A stretch of 64,000 bases of DNA from Euglena gracilis (taxonomy: Eukaryota), in NCBI GenBank assembly GCA_039621445.1, contig CP154954.1:34259737-34323736 (forward strand), written 5' to 3'. A program made the translations under genes and the position numbers. Numbering within the stretch: position 1 is the stretch's first letter; each line of letters opens with the position of its first letter. Positions 1 through 14,500 of this stretch are shown piece by piece. The notes under the pieces are model-generated. The model was not told the origin of the DNA, did no database searches, and was given only the letters and a program-made list of their open reading frames with translations.

Positions 1-3000
1 TGGTAACCTGGGCTGACCTGGTAAATGTCCCCCGGAATGGTCGAAATGCACCCATCTCAGTGTGCACATTTCTTGCAACCAACATTCCCGCTGCATGTTT
101 TTCTTACCATTAAACCACGACAATCATGAAACCAACGGGTCCCCTGACTTTGGAGGCCTCCTGAAACACCCATTCGGTTACTCGGAGTAAGGCCCAATTT
201 GGTCCATTTTACATAGTAACCTGGGCTGACCTGGTAAATGTCCCCCGGAATGGTCGAATGCACCCATCTAAAAGTGCTAATTTCTTGCAACCAACATTCC
301 CGCTGCATGTTTTTCTTACCATTAAACCAGGACAATCATGAAACCAACGGGTCCCCTGACTTTGGAGGCCTCCTGGAAGACCCCTTCGGATACTCGGAGT
401 AACGCCCAATTTGGTCCATTTTTACATGGTAACCTGGGCTGACCTGGTAAATGTCCCCCGGAATGGTCGAATGCACCCGTCTCAGTGTGCACATTTCTTG
501 CAACCAACATTCCCGCTGCATGTTTTTCTTACCATTAAACCACGACAATCATGAAACCAACGGGTCCCCTGACTTTGGAGGCCTCCTGGAACACCCATTC
601 GGTTACTCGGAGTAACGCCCAATTTGGTCCATTTTTACATGGTAACCTGGGCTGACCTGGTAAATGTCCCCCGGAATGGTCGAATGCACCCATCTAAATG
701 TGCTGATTTCTTGCAACCAACATTCCCGAAGCGTGTTTTTCTTACCATTAAACCAGGACAATCATGAAACCAACGGGTCCCCTGACTTTGGAGGCCTACT
801 GGAACACCCATTCGGTTACTCGGAGTAACGCCCAATTTGGTCCATTTTTACATGGTAACCTGGGCTGACCTGGTAAATGTCCCCCGGAATGGTCGAATGC
901 ACCCATCTAAATGTGCTCATTTCTTGCAAACAACATTCCCGCTGCATGTTTTTCTTACCACTAAACCACAACAATCATGAAACCATCGGGTCACCTAACT
1001 TTGGAGGCCTCCTGGAACACGCGTTCGGTTACTCGGAGTAAGGCCCAATTTGGTCCATTTTTACATGGTAACCTGGGCTGACCTGGTAAATGTCCCCCGG
1101 AATGGTCGAATGCACCCATCTAAATGTGCTCATTTCTTGCAAACAACATTCCCGCTGCATTTTTTTCTTACCACTAAACCACGAAAATCATGAAACCATC
1201 GGGTCCCCTAACTTTGGAGGCCTCCTGGAACACGCATTCGGTTACTCGGAGTAAGGCCCAATTTGGTCCATTTTTACATGGTAACCTGGGCTGACCTGGT
1301 AAATGTCCCCCGGAATGGTCGAAGGCACCCATCCAAATGTGCTCATTTCTGGCAACCAACATTCCCTCTGCTTGTTTTTCTTACCACTAAACCACGACAA
1401 TCATGAAACCAACGGGTCCCCTGACTTTGGTGGCCTCCTGGAACACCCATTCGGTTACTCGGAGTAAGGCCCAATTTGGTCCATTTTTACATGGTAACCC
1501 GGGCTGACCTGGTAAATGTCCCTCAGAATGGTCGAATGCACCCATCTAAATGCGCTCATTTATTGCAACCAACATTCCCTCTGCATGTTTTTCTTACCAC
1601 TAAACCACGACAATCATGAAACCAACGGGTCCCCTGACTTTGGAGGCCTCCTGGAACACCCATTCGGTTACTCGGAGTAAGGCCCATTTTGGTCCATTTT
1701 TACATGGTAACGCGGGCTGACCTGGTAAATGTCCCTCGGAATGGTCGAATGCACCCATCTAAATTTGCTCATGTCTTGCAACCAACATTCCCGCTGCATG
1801 TTTTTCTTACCATGGAACCACGATAATCATGAAGCCAACGGGTCCCCTGACTTTGGAGGCCTCCTGGAACACCCATTCGGTTACTCGGAGTAAGGCCCAA
1901 TTTGGTCCATTTTTACATGGTAACCTGGGCTGACCTGGTAAATGTCCCCCGGAATGGTCGAATGCGCCCATCTAAATGTGCTCATTTCTTGCAACCAACA
2001 TTCCTGCTGTGTGTTTTTCTTACCATTAAACCACGACAATCATGAAACCAACGGGTTCTCTGACTTTGGAAGCCTGCTGGAAGACCCATTCGGTTACTCG
2101 GAGTAGATCCAATTTGCTCCGTTTTTACGTGGTAACCTGGGCTGACCTGGTAAATGTCCCCCGAAATGGTCGAATGCACCCATGTAAATGTGCTCATTTC
2201 TTGCAACCAAAATTCCCGCTGCATGTTTTTCTTACCATTCAACCACGAAAATCATGAAACCAACGTGTCCCCTGACTTTGGAGGCCTCCTGGAACACCCA
2301 TTCGGTTACTCGGAGCAAGGCCTAATTTGGTCCATTTTTACGTGGTAACCTGGGCTGACCTGGTAAATGTCCCCCGGAATGGTCGAAGGCACCCATCTAA
2401 ATGTGCTCATTTCTTGCAACCAACATTCCCGCTGCATGTTTTTCTTACCATTAAACCACGACAATCATGAAACCAACGGGTCCCCTGACTTTGGAGGCCT
2501 CCTGGAACACCCATTCGGTTACTCGGAATAAGTCCCAATTTGGTCAACTTTTACATGGTAACCCGGGCTGACCTGGTAAATGTCCCCCGGAACGGTCGAA
2601 TGCACCCATCTCAATGTGCTCATTTCTTGCAACCAACATTCCCACTGCATGTATTTCTTACCATTAAACCATGACAATCACGGAACCAACGGGTCCCCTG
2701 ACTTTGGAGGCCTCCTAGAACACCCATTCGGTTACTCGGAGTAAGGCACAATTTGGTCCATTTTTACATGGTAACCTGGGCTGACCTGGTAAATGCCCCC
2801 GGAATGGTCGAATGCGCCCATCTAAATGTGCTCGTTTCTTGCAGCCAACATTCCTGCTGCATGTTTTTCTTACCATTAAACCACGACAATCATGAAACCA
2901 ACGGGTCCCCTGACTTTGGAGGCCTCCTGGAACACCCATTCGGTTACTCGGAGCAAGGCCCAATTTGGTCCATTTTTACGTGGTAACCTGGGCTGACCTG

Positions 3001-5500
3001 GTAAATGCCCCCGGAACGGTCGAATGCACCCATCTAAATGTGCTCATTTCTTGCAAACAACATTCCCGCTGCATGTTTTTCTTACCATTAAACCACGACA
3101 ATCATGAAACCAACGGGTCCCCTGACTTTGGAGGCCTCCTGGAACACCCATTCGGTTACTCGGAGCAAGGCCCAATTTGGTCTATGTTTACGTGGTAACC
3201 TGGGCTGACCGGGTAAATGCCCCCGGAACGGTCGAATGCACCCATCTAAATGTGCTCATTTCTTGCAGCCAACATTCCCGCTGCATGTTTTTCTTACCAT
3301 TAAACCACGACAATCATGAAACCAATGGGTCCCCTGACTTTGGAGGCTTCCTGGAACACCCATTCGGTTACTCGGAGTAAGGCCCAATTTGGTCCATGTT
3401 TACGTGGTAACCTGGGCTGACCTGGTAAATGCCCCCGGAATGGTCGAATGCACCCATCTAAATGTGCTCATTTCTTGCAAACAACATTCCCGCTGCATGT
3501 TTTTCTTACCATTAAACCACGACAATCATGAAACCAACGGGTCCCCTGACTTTGGAGGCCTCCTGGAACACCCATTCGGTTACTCGGAGCAAGGCCCATT
3601 TTGGTCCATGTTTACGTGGTAACCTGGGCTGACCGGGTAAATGCCCCCGGAACGGTCGAATGCACCCATCTAAATGTGCTCATTTCTTGCAAACAACATT
3701 CCCGCTGCATGTTTTTCTTACCATTAAACCACGACAATCATGAAACCAACGGGTCCCCTGACTTTGGAGGCCTCCTGGAACACCCATTCGGTTACTCGGA
3801 GCAAGGCCCAATTTGGTCTATGTTTACATGGTAACCCGGGCTGACCTGGTAAATGTCCCTCGGAATGGTCGAATGCACCCATCTAAATGCGCTCATTTAT
3901 TGCAACCAACATTCCCTCTGCATGTTTTTCTTACCACTAAACCACGACAATCATGAAACCAACGGGTCCCCTGACTTTGGAGGCCTCCTGGAACACCCAT
4001 TCGGTTACTCGGAGTAAGGCCCATTTTGGTCCATTTTTACATGGTAACCCGGGCTGACCTGGTAAATGTCCTTCGGAATGGTCGAATGCACCCATCTAAA
4101 TGCGCTCATTTCTTGCAACCAACATTCCCGCTGCATGTTTTTCTTACCATTCAACCACGAAAATCATGAAACGAACGGGTCCCCTTACTTTGGAGGCCTC
4201 CTGGAACACCCATTCGGTTACTCGGAGCAAGGCCCAATTTGGTCCATTTTTACGTGGTAACCTGGGCTGACCTGGTAAATGTCCCCCGGAAATGTCGAAT
4301 GCACCCATCTAAATGTGCTCATTTCTTGCAACCAACATTCCCGCTGCATGTTTTTCTTACCATTAAACCACGACAATCATGAAACCAACGGGTCCCCTGA
4401 CTTTGGAGGCCTCCTGGAACACCCATTCGGTTACTCGGAGTAAGGCCCATTTTGGTCCATTTTTACATGGTAACGCGGGCTGACCTGGTAAATGTCCCTC
4501 GGAATGGTCGAATGCACCCATCTAAATGTGCTCATTTCTTGCAACCAACATTCCCGCTGCATGTTTTTCTTACCATTAAACCACGACAATCATGAAACCA
4601 ACGGGTCCCCTGACTTTGTAGGCCTCCTGGAACACCCATTCGGTTACTCGGAATAAGGCCCAATTTGGTCCATTTTTACATGGTTACCTGGGCTGACCTG
4701 GTAAATGTCCCCCGGAATGGTCGAATCACCCATCTAAATGTGCTCATTTCTTTCAACCAACATTCCCGCTGCATGTTTTTCTTACCACTAAACCACGACA
4801 ATCATGAAACCATCGGGTCCCCTAACTTTGGAGGCCTCCTGGAACACGCATTCGGTTACTCGGAGTAAGGCCCATTTTGGTCCATTTTTACATGGTAACC
4901 TGGGCTGACCTGGTAAATGTCCCCCGGAATGGTCGAATGCGCCCATCTAAATGTGCTCATTTCTTGCAACCAACATTCCCGCTGTGTGTTTTTCTTACCA
5001 TTAAACCACGACAATCATGAAACCAACGGGTTCTCTGACTTTGGAAGCCTGCTGGAAGACCCATTCGGTTACTCGGAGTAGATCCAATTTGCTCCGTTTT
5101 TACGTGGTAACCTGGGCTGACCTGGTAAATGTCCCCCGAAATGGTCGAATGCACCCATGTAAATGTGCTCATTTCTTGCAACCAAAATTCCCGCTGCATG
5201 TTTTTCTTACCATTCAACCACGAAAATCATGAAACCAACGTGTCCCCTGACTTTGGAGGCCTCCTGGAACACCCATTCGGTTACTCGGAGCAAGGCCCAA
5301 TTTGGTCCATTTTTACGTGGTAACCTGGGCTGACCTGGTAAATGCCCCCGGAATGGTCGAAGGCACCCATCTAAATGTGCTCATTTCTTGCAACCTACAT
5401 TCCCGCTGCATGTTTTTCTTACCATTAGACCACGACAATCATGAAACCAACGGGTCCCCTGACTTTGGAGGCCTCCTGGAACACCCATTCGGTACCCCCG

Positions 5501-5538
<38 letters not shown>

Positions 5539-8500
5539 CCACCCCCCCCCCCCCCCCCCCCCCCCGCCCCCGCCCACCCACCCCCCCCCCCCCCCGCCCC
5601 CCCACCCCCCCCCCCCCCCCCCCGCCCGCCCCCCCCCACCCCCCCCCCCCCCCCCCCCCCGGTAAATGTCCCCCGGAACGGTCGAATGCACCCATCTCAA
5701 TGTGCTCATTTCTTGCAACCAGCATTCCCACTGCATGTATTTCTTACCATTAAACCATGACAATCACGGAACCAACGGGTCCCCTGACTTTGGAGGCCTC
5801 CTGGAACACCCATTCGGTTACTCGGAATAAGGCCCAATTTGGTCCATTTTTACATGGTAACCTGGGCTGACCTGGTAAATGTCCCCCGGAATGGTCGAAT
5901 GCACCCATCTAAATGTGCTCATTTCTTGCAACCAACATTCCCGCTGCATGTTTTTCTTACCATTAAAGCACGACAATCACGAAACCAACGGGTCCCCTGA
6001 CTTTGGAGGCCTCCTGGAACACCCATTCGGTTACTCGGAGCAAGGCCCAATTTGGTCCATTTTTACGTGGTAACCTGGCTGACCTGGTACATGCCCCCGG
6101 AACGGTCGAATGCACCCATCTAAATGTGCTCATTTCTTGCAACCAACATTCCCGCTGCATGTTTTTCTTACCATTAAACCACGACAATCATGAAACCAAC
6201 GGGTCCCCTGACTTTGGAGGCCTCCTGGAACACCCATTCGGTTACTCGGAATAAGGCCCAACTTGGTCCATTTTTACGTGGTAACCTGGGCTGACCTGGT
6301 AAATGCCCCCGTAACGGTCGAATGCACCTATCTAAATGTGCTCATTTCTTGCAACCAACATTCCCGCTGCATGTTTTTCCTACCATTAAACCACGACAAT
6401 CATGAAACCAACGGGTCCCCTGACTTTGGAGGCCTCCTGGAACACCCATTCGGTTACTCGGAGCAAGGCCCAATTTGGTCCATTTTTACATGGTAACCTG
6501 GGCTGACCTGGTAAATGCCCCCGGAATGGTCGAATGCGCCCATCTAAATGTGCTCGTTTCTTGCAGCCAACATTCCCGCTGCATGTTTTTCTTACCATTA
6601 AACCACGACAATCATGAAACCAACGGGTCCCCTGACTTTGGAGGCCTCCTGGAACACCCATTCGGTTACTCGGAGCAAGGCCCAATTTGGTCCATTTTTA
6701 CGTGGTAACCTGGGCTGACCTGGTAAATGCCCCCGGAACGGTCGAATGCACCCATCTAAATGTGCTCATTTCTTGCAACCAACCTTCCCGCTGCATGTTT
6801 TTCTTACCATTAAACCACGGCAATCATGAAACCAACGGGTCCCCTGACTTTGTAGGCCTCCTGGAACACCCATTCGGTTACTCTGGAGTAAGGCCCAATT
6901 TGGTCCATTTTTACGTGGTAACCTGGGCTGACCTGGAAAATGTCCCCCGGAATGGTCGAATGCACCAATCTAAATGTGCTCATTTCTTGCAACCAACATT
7001 CCCGCTGCATGTTTTTCTTACCATTAAACCACGACAATCATGAAACCAATGGGTCCCCTGACTTTGGAGGCCTCCTGGAACACCCATTCGGTTACTCGGA
7101 GTAAGGCCCAATTTGGTCCATGTTTACGTGGTAACCTGGGCTGACCTGGTAAATGCCCCCGGAATGGTCGAATGCACCCATCTAAATGTGCTCATTTCTT
7201 GCAAACAACATTCCCGCTGCATGTTTTTCTTACCATTAAACCACGACAATCATGAAACCAACGGGTCCCCTGACTTTGGAGGCCTCCTGGAACACCCATT
7301 CGGTTACTCGGAGCAAGGCCCATTTTGGTCCATGTTTACGTGGTAACCTGGGCTGACCTGGTAAATGCCCCCGGAACGGTCGAATGCACCCATCTAAATA
7401 TGCTCATTTCTTGCAAACCACATTCCCGCTGCATGTTTTTCTTACCATTAAACCACGACAATCATGAAACCAACGGGTCCCCTGACTTTGGAGGCCTCCT
7501 GGAACACCCATTCGGTTACTCGGAATAAGGCCCAACTTGGTCCATTTTTACGTGGTAACCTGGGCTGACCTGGTAAATGCCCCCGGAACGGTCGAATGCA
7601 CCTATCTAAATGTGCTCATTTCTTGCAACCAACATTCCCGCTGCATGCTTTTTCTACCATTAAACCACGACAATCATGAAACCAACGGGTTCCCTGACTT
7701 TGGAGGCCTCCTGGAACACCCATTCGGTTACTCGGAGCAAGGCCCAATTTGGTCCATTTTTACGTGGTAACCTGGGCTGACCTGGTAAATGCCCCCGGAA
7801 GGGTCGAATGCGCCCATCTAAATGTGCTCGTTTCTTGCAGCCAACATTCCTGCTGCATGTTTTTCTTACCATTAAACCACGACAATCATGAAACCAACGG
7901 GTCCCCTGACTTTTTAGGCCTCCTGGAACACCCATTCGGTTACTCGGAGCAAGGCCCAATTTGGTCCATGTTTACGTGGTAACCTGGGCTGACCTGGTAA
8001 ATGCCCCCGGAACGGTCGAATGCACCCATCTAAATGTGCTCATTTCTTGCAACCAACATTCCCGCTGCATGTTTTTCTTACCATTAAACCACGACAATCA
8101 TGAAACCAACGGGTCCCCTGACTTTGGAGGCCTCCTGGAACACCCATTCGGTTACTCGGAATAAGGCCCAACTTGGTCCGTTTTTACGTGGTAACCTGGG
8201 CTGACCTGGTAAGTGCCCCCGGAACGGTCGAATGCACCTATCTAAATGTGCTCATTTCTTGCAACCAACATTCCCGCTGCATGCTTTTCCTACCATTAAA
8301 CCACGACAATCATGAAACCAACGGGTCCCCTGACTTTGGATGCCTCCTGGAACACCCATTCGGTTACTCGGAGCAAGGCCCAATTTGGTCCATGTTTACG
8401 TGGTAACCTGGGCTGACCTGGTAAATGCCCCCGGAACGGTCGAATGCGCCCATCTAAATGTGCTCATTTCTTGCAGCCAACATTCCCGCTGCATGTTTTT

Positions 8501-11500
8501 CTTACCATTAAACCACGACAATCATGAAACCAACGGGTCCCCTGACTTTGTAGGCCTCCTGGAACACCCATTCGGTTACTCGGAGCAAGGCCCAATTGGG
8601 TCCATTTTTACGTGGTAACCTGGGCTGACCTGGTAAATGCCCCCGGAATGGTCGAATGCACCAATCTAAATGTGCTCATTTCTTGCAACCAACATTCCCG
8701 CTGCATGTTTTTCTTACCATTAAACCACGACAATCATGAAACCAACGGGTCCCCTGACTTTGGAGGCCTCCTGGAACACCCATTCGGTTACTCGGAGCAA
8801 GGCCCATTTTGGTCCATGTTTACGTGGTAACCTGGGCTGACCTGGTAAATGCCCCCGGAACGGTCGAATGCACCCATCTAAATGTGCTCATTTCTTGCAA
8901 CCAACATTCCCGCTGCATGTTTTTCTTACCATTAAACCACGACAATCATGAAACCAACAGGTCCCCTGACTTTGGAGGCCTCCTGGAACACCCATTCGGT
9001 TACTCGGAGCAAGGCCCAATTTGGTCCATGTTTACGTGGTAACCTGGGCTGACCTGGTAAGTGCCCCCGGAACGGTCGAATGCACCTATCTAAATATGCT
9101 CATTTCTTGCAACCAACATTCCCGCTGCATGCTTTTTCTACCATTAAACCACGACAATCATGAAACCAACGGGTCCCCTGACTTTGGAGGCCTCCTGGAA
9201 CACCCATTCGGTTACTCGGAGCAAGGCCCAATTTGGTCCATGTTTACGTGGTAACCTGGGCTGACCTGGTAAATGCCCCCGGAACGGTCGAATGCGCCCA
9301 TCTAAATGTGCTCGTTTCTTGCAGCCAACATTCCCGCTGCATGTTTTTCTTACCATTAAACCACGACAATCATGAAACCAACGGGTCCCCTGACTTTGGA
9401 GGCCTCCTGGAACACCCATTCGGTTACTCGGAGCAAGGCCCAATTTGGTCCATTTTTACGTGGTAACCTGGGCTGACCTGGTAAATGCCCCCGGAATGGT
9501 CGAATGCACCAATCTAAATGTGCTCATTTCTTGCAACCTACATTCCCGCTGCATGTTTTTCTTACCATTAAACCACGACAATCATGAAACCAACGAGTCC
9601 CCTGACTTTGGAGGCCTCCTGGAACACCCATTCGGTTACTCGGAGCAAGGCCCAATTTGGTCCATGTTTACGTGGTAACCTGGGCTGACCTGGTAAATGC
9701 CCCCGGAACGGTCGAATGCACCCATCTAAATGTGCTCATTTCTTGCAAACAACATTCCCGCTGCATGTTTTTCTTACCATTAAACCACGACAATCATGAA
9801 ACCAACGGGTCCCCTGACTTTGGAGGCCTCCTGGAACACCCATTCGGTTACTCGGAGCAAGGCCCAATTTGGTCCATGTTTACGTGGTAACCTGGGCTGA
9901 CCTGGTAAATGCCCCCGGAACGGTCGAATGCACCCATCTAAATGTGCTCATTTCTTGCAACCAACATTCCCGCTGCATGTTTTTCTTACCATTAAACCAC
10001 GACAATCATGAAACCAACGGGTCCCCTGACTTTGGAGGCCTCCTGGAACACCCATTCGGTTACTCGGAGCAAGGCCCAATTTGGTCCATGTTTACGTGGT
10101 AACCTGGGCTGACCTGGTAAATGCCCCCGGAACGGTCGAATGCGCCCATCTAAATGTGCTCGTTTCTTGCAGCCAACATTCCCGCTGCATGTTTTTCTTA
10201 CCATTAAACCACGACAATCATGAAACCAACGGGTCCCCTGACTTTGTAGGCCTCCTGGAACACCCATTCGGTTACTCGGAGCAAGGCCCAATTTGGTCCA
10301 TTTTTACGTGGTAACCTGGGCTGACCTGGTAAATGCCCCCGGAATGGTCGAATGCACCAATCTAAATGTGCTCATTTCTTGCAACCTACATTCCCGCTGC
10401 ATGTTTTTCTTACCATTAAACCACGACAATCATGAAACCAACGGGTCCCCTGACTTTGGAGGCCTCCTGGAACACCCATTCGGTTACTCGGAGTAAGGCC
10501 CAATTTGGTCCATTTTTACATGGTAACCTGGGTTGACCTGGTAAATGCCCCCGGAATGGTCGAATGCACCAATCTAAATGTGCTCATTTCTTGCAACCTA
10601 CATTCCCGCTGCATGTTTTTCTTACCATTAAACCACGACAATCATGAAACCAACGGGTCCCCTGACTTTGGAGGCCTCCTGGAACACCCATTCGGTTACT
10701 CGGAGCAAGGCCCAATTTGGTCCATTTTTACGTGGTAACCTGGGCTGACCTGGTAAATGCCCCCGGAACGGTCGAATGCGCCCATCTAAATGTGCTCGTT
10801 TCTTGCAGCCAACATTCCCGCTGCATGTTTGTCTTACCATTCAACCACGACAATCATGAAACCAACGGGTCCCCTGACTTTGGAGGCCTCCTCCAACACC
10901 CATTCGGTTTCCCGGAGCAAGGCCCATTTTGGTCCATTTTTACGTGGTAACCTGGGCTGACCTGGTAAATGCCCCCAGAATGGTCGAATGCACCAATCTA
11001 AATGTGCTCATTTCTTGCAACCTACATTCCCGCTGCATGTTTTTCTTACCATTAAACCACGACAATCATGAAACCAATGGGTCCCCTGACTTTGGAGGCT
11101 TCCTGGAACACCCATTCGGTTACTCGGAGTAAGGCCCAATTTGGTCCATTTTTACATGGTAACCTGGGTTGACCTGGTAAATGTCCCCCGGAATGGTCGA
11201 ATGCACCCATCTAAATGTGCTCATTTCTTGCAACCAACATTCCCGCTGCATGTTTTTCATACCATTAAACCACGACAATCATGAAACCAACGGGTCCCCT
11301 GACTTTGGAGGCCTCCTGGAACACCCATTCGGTTACTCGGAGCAAGGCCCATTTTGGTCCATGTTTACGTGGTAACCTGGGCTGACCTGGTAAATGCCCC
11401 CGGAACGGTCGAATGCACCCATCTAAATGTGCTCATTTCTTGCAAACAACATTCCCGTTGAATGTGTTTCTTACCATTCAACCACGACAATCATGAAACC

Positions 11501-14500
11501 AACGGGTCCCCTGACTTTGGAGGCCTCCTCCAACACCCATTCGGTTTCCCGGAGTAAGGCCCAATTTGGCCCATTTTTACATGGTAACCTGGGCTGACCT
11601 GGTAAATGTCCCCCAGAATGGTCGAATGCACCCATCTAAATGTGCTCATTTCTTGCAACCAACATTCCCGATGCATGGTTTTCTTACCACTAATCCAAGA
11701 CAATCATGAAACCAACGGGTCCCCTGACTTTTGGAGGCCTCCTGGAACACCCATTCGGTTACTCGGAGTAAGGCCCAATTTGGTCCATTTTTACATGGTA
11801 ACCTGGGTTGACCTGGTAAATGCCCCCGGAATGGTCGAATGCACCAATCTAAATGTGCTCATTTCTTGCAACCTACATTCCCGCTGCATGTTTTTCTTAC
11901 CATTAAACCACGACAATCATGAAACCAACGGGTCCCCTGACTTTGGAGGCCTCCTGGAACACCCATTCGGTTACTCGGAGCAAGGCCCAATTTGGTCCAT
12001 TTTTACGTGGTAACCTGGGCTGACCTGGTAAATGCCCCCGGAATGGTCGAATGCACCAATCTAAATGTGCTCATTTCTTGCAACCTACATTCCCGCTGCA
12101 TGTTTTTCTTACCATTAAACCACGACAATCATGAAACCAATGGGTCCCCTGACTTTGGAGGCTTCCTGGAACACCCATTCGGTTACTCGGAGTAAGGCCC
12201 AATTTGGTCCATTTTTACATGGTAACCTGGGTTGACCTGGTAAATGCCCCCGGAATGGTCGAATGCACCAATCTAAATGTGCTCATTTCTTGCAACCTAC
12301 ATTCCCGCTGCATGTTTTTCTTACCATTAAACCACGACAATCATGAAACCAACGGGTCCCCTGACTTTGGAGGCCTCCTGGAACACCCATTCGGTTACTC
12401 GGAGCAAGGCCCAATTTGGTCCATTTTTACGTGGTAACCTGGGCTGACCTGGTAAATGCCCCCGGAACGGTCGAATGCGCCCATCTAAATGTGCTCATTT
12501 CTTGCAGCCAACATTCCCGCTGCATGTTTGTCTTACCATTCAACCACGACAATCATGAAACCAACGGGTCCCCTGACTTTGGAGGCCTCCTCCAACACCC
12601 ATTCGGTTTCCCGGAGCAAGGCCCATTTTGGTCCATTTTTACGTGGTAACCTGGGCTGACCTGGTAAATGCCCCCAGAATGGTCGAATGCACCAATCTAA
12701 ATGTGCTCATTTCTTGCAACCTACATTCCCGCTGCATGTTTTTCTTACCATTAAACCACGACAATCATGAAACCAATGGGTCCCCTGACTTTGGAGGCTT
12801 CCTGGAACACCCATTCGGTTACTCGGAGTAAGGCCCAATTTGGTCCATTTTTACATGGTAACCTGGGTTGACCTGGTAAATGTCCCCCGGAATGGTCGAA
12901 TGCACCCATCTAAATGTGCTCATTTCTTGCAACCAACATTCCCGCTGCATGTTTTTCATACCATTAAACCACGACAATCATGAAACCAACGGGTCCCCTG
13001 ACTTTGGAGGCCTCCTGGAACACCCATTCGGTTACTCGGAGCAAGGCCCATTTTGGTCCATGTTTACGTGGTAACCTGGGCTGACCTGGTAAATGCCCCC
13101 GGAACGGTCGAATGCACCCATCTAAATGTGCTCATTTCTTGCAAACAACATTCCCGTTGAATGTGTTTCTTACCATTCAACCACGACAATCATGAAACCA
13201 ACGGGTCCCCTGACTTTGGAGGCCTCCTCCAACACCCATTCGGTTTCCCGGAGTAAGGCCCAATTTGGCCCATTTTTACATGGTAACCTGGGCTGACCTG
13301 GTAAATGTCCCCCAGAATGGTCGAATGCACCCATCTAAATGTGCTCATTTCTTGCAACCAACATTCCCGATGCATGGTTTTCTTACCACTAATCCAAGAC
13401 AATCATGAAACCAACGGGTCCCCTGACTTTTGGAGGCCTCCTGGAACACCCATTCGGTTACTCGGAGTAAGGCCCAATTTGGTCCATTTTTACATGGTAA
13501 CCTGGGCTGACATGATAAATGTCCCCTGTAATGGTCGAATGCACCAATCTAATTGTGCTCATTTCTTGCAACCAATATTCCCGCTGCATGGTTTTCTTAA
13601 CATTCAACCACGACAATCATGAAACAAAACGGGTCCCCTGACTTTGGTGGCCTCCTGGAACACCCATTCGGTTACTCGGAGTAAGGCCCAATTTGGTCCA
13701 TTTTTTACATGGTAACCTGGGCTGACCTGGTAAATGTCCCCCGGAATGGTCGAATGCATCAATCTAATTGTGCTCATTTATTGCAACCAATACTCCCGCT
13801 GCATGGTTTTCTTACCATTCAACCACGACAATCATGAAACCAACGGGTCCCCTGACTTTGGAGGCCTCCTGGAACACCCATTCGGTTACTCGGAGCAAGG
13901 CCCATTTTGGTCCATGTTTACGTGGTAACCTGGGCTGACCTGGTAAATGCCCCCGGAACGGTGGAATGCACCCATCTAAATGTGCTCATTTCTTGCAAAC
14001 AACATTCCCGCTGCATGTTTTTTTTACCATTAAACCACGACAATCATGAAACCAACGGGTCCCCTGACTTTGGAGGCCTCCTGGAACACCCATTCAGTTA
14101 CTCGGAATAATGCCCAACTTGGTCCGTTTTTACGTGGTAACCTGGGCTGACCTGGTAAGTGCCCCCGGAACGGTCGAATGCACCTATCTAAATGTGCTCA
14201 TTTCTTGCAACCAACATTCCCGCTGCATGCTTTTCCTACCATTAAACCACGACAATCATGAAACCAACGGGTTCCCTGACTTTGGAGGCCTCCTGGAACA
14301 CCCATTCGGTTACTCGGAGCAAGGCCCAATTTGGTCCATTTTTACGTGGTAACCTGGGCTGACCTGGTAAATGCCCCCGGAATGGTCGAATGCGCCCATC
14401 TAAATGTGCTCGTTTCTTGCAGCCAACATTCCCGCTGCATGTTTTTTTTACCATTTAAACACGACAATCATGAAACCAACGGGTCCCCTGACTTTGGAGG

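Noticed and set aside
1..60. tRNA/SINE-derived monomer (A-box-like TGGGCTGACCTGGTAA, B-box-like GGTCGAATGC)
   Set aside because: The B-box does not fit GTTCRANNC, the spacing is too short, and no cloverleaf is evident.
597..614. CENP-B box (TTCGGTTACTCGGAG)
   Set aside because: Spacing and final bases do not fit NTTCGNNNNANNCGGGN.
1670..1705. Resemblance of GTAAGGCCCATTTTGGTCCA to the dinoflagellate spliced leader (CCGTAGCCATTTTGGCTCAAG)
   Set aside because: Only a short core matches, in a minority variant, with no following splice donor; compatible with chance.
5302..5763. Poly-Pro / poly-Gly proteins
   Set aside because: Translations of the poly-C tract.
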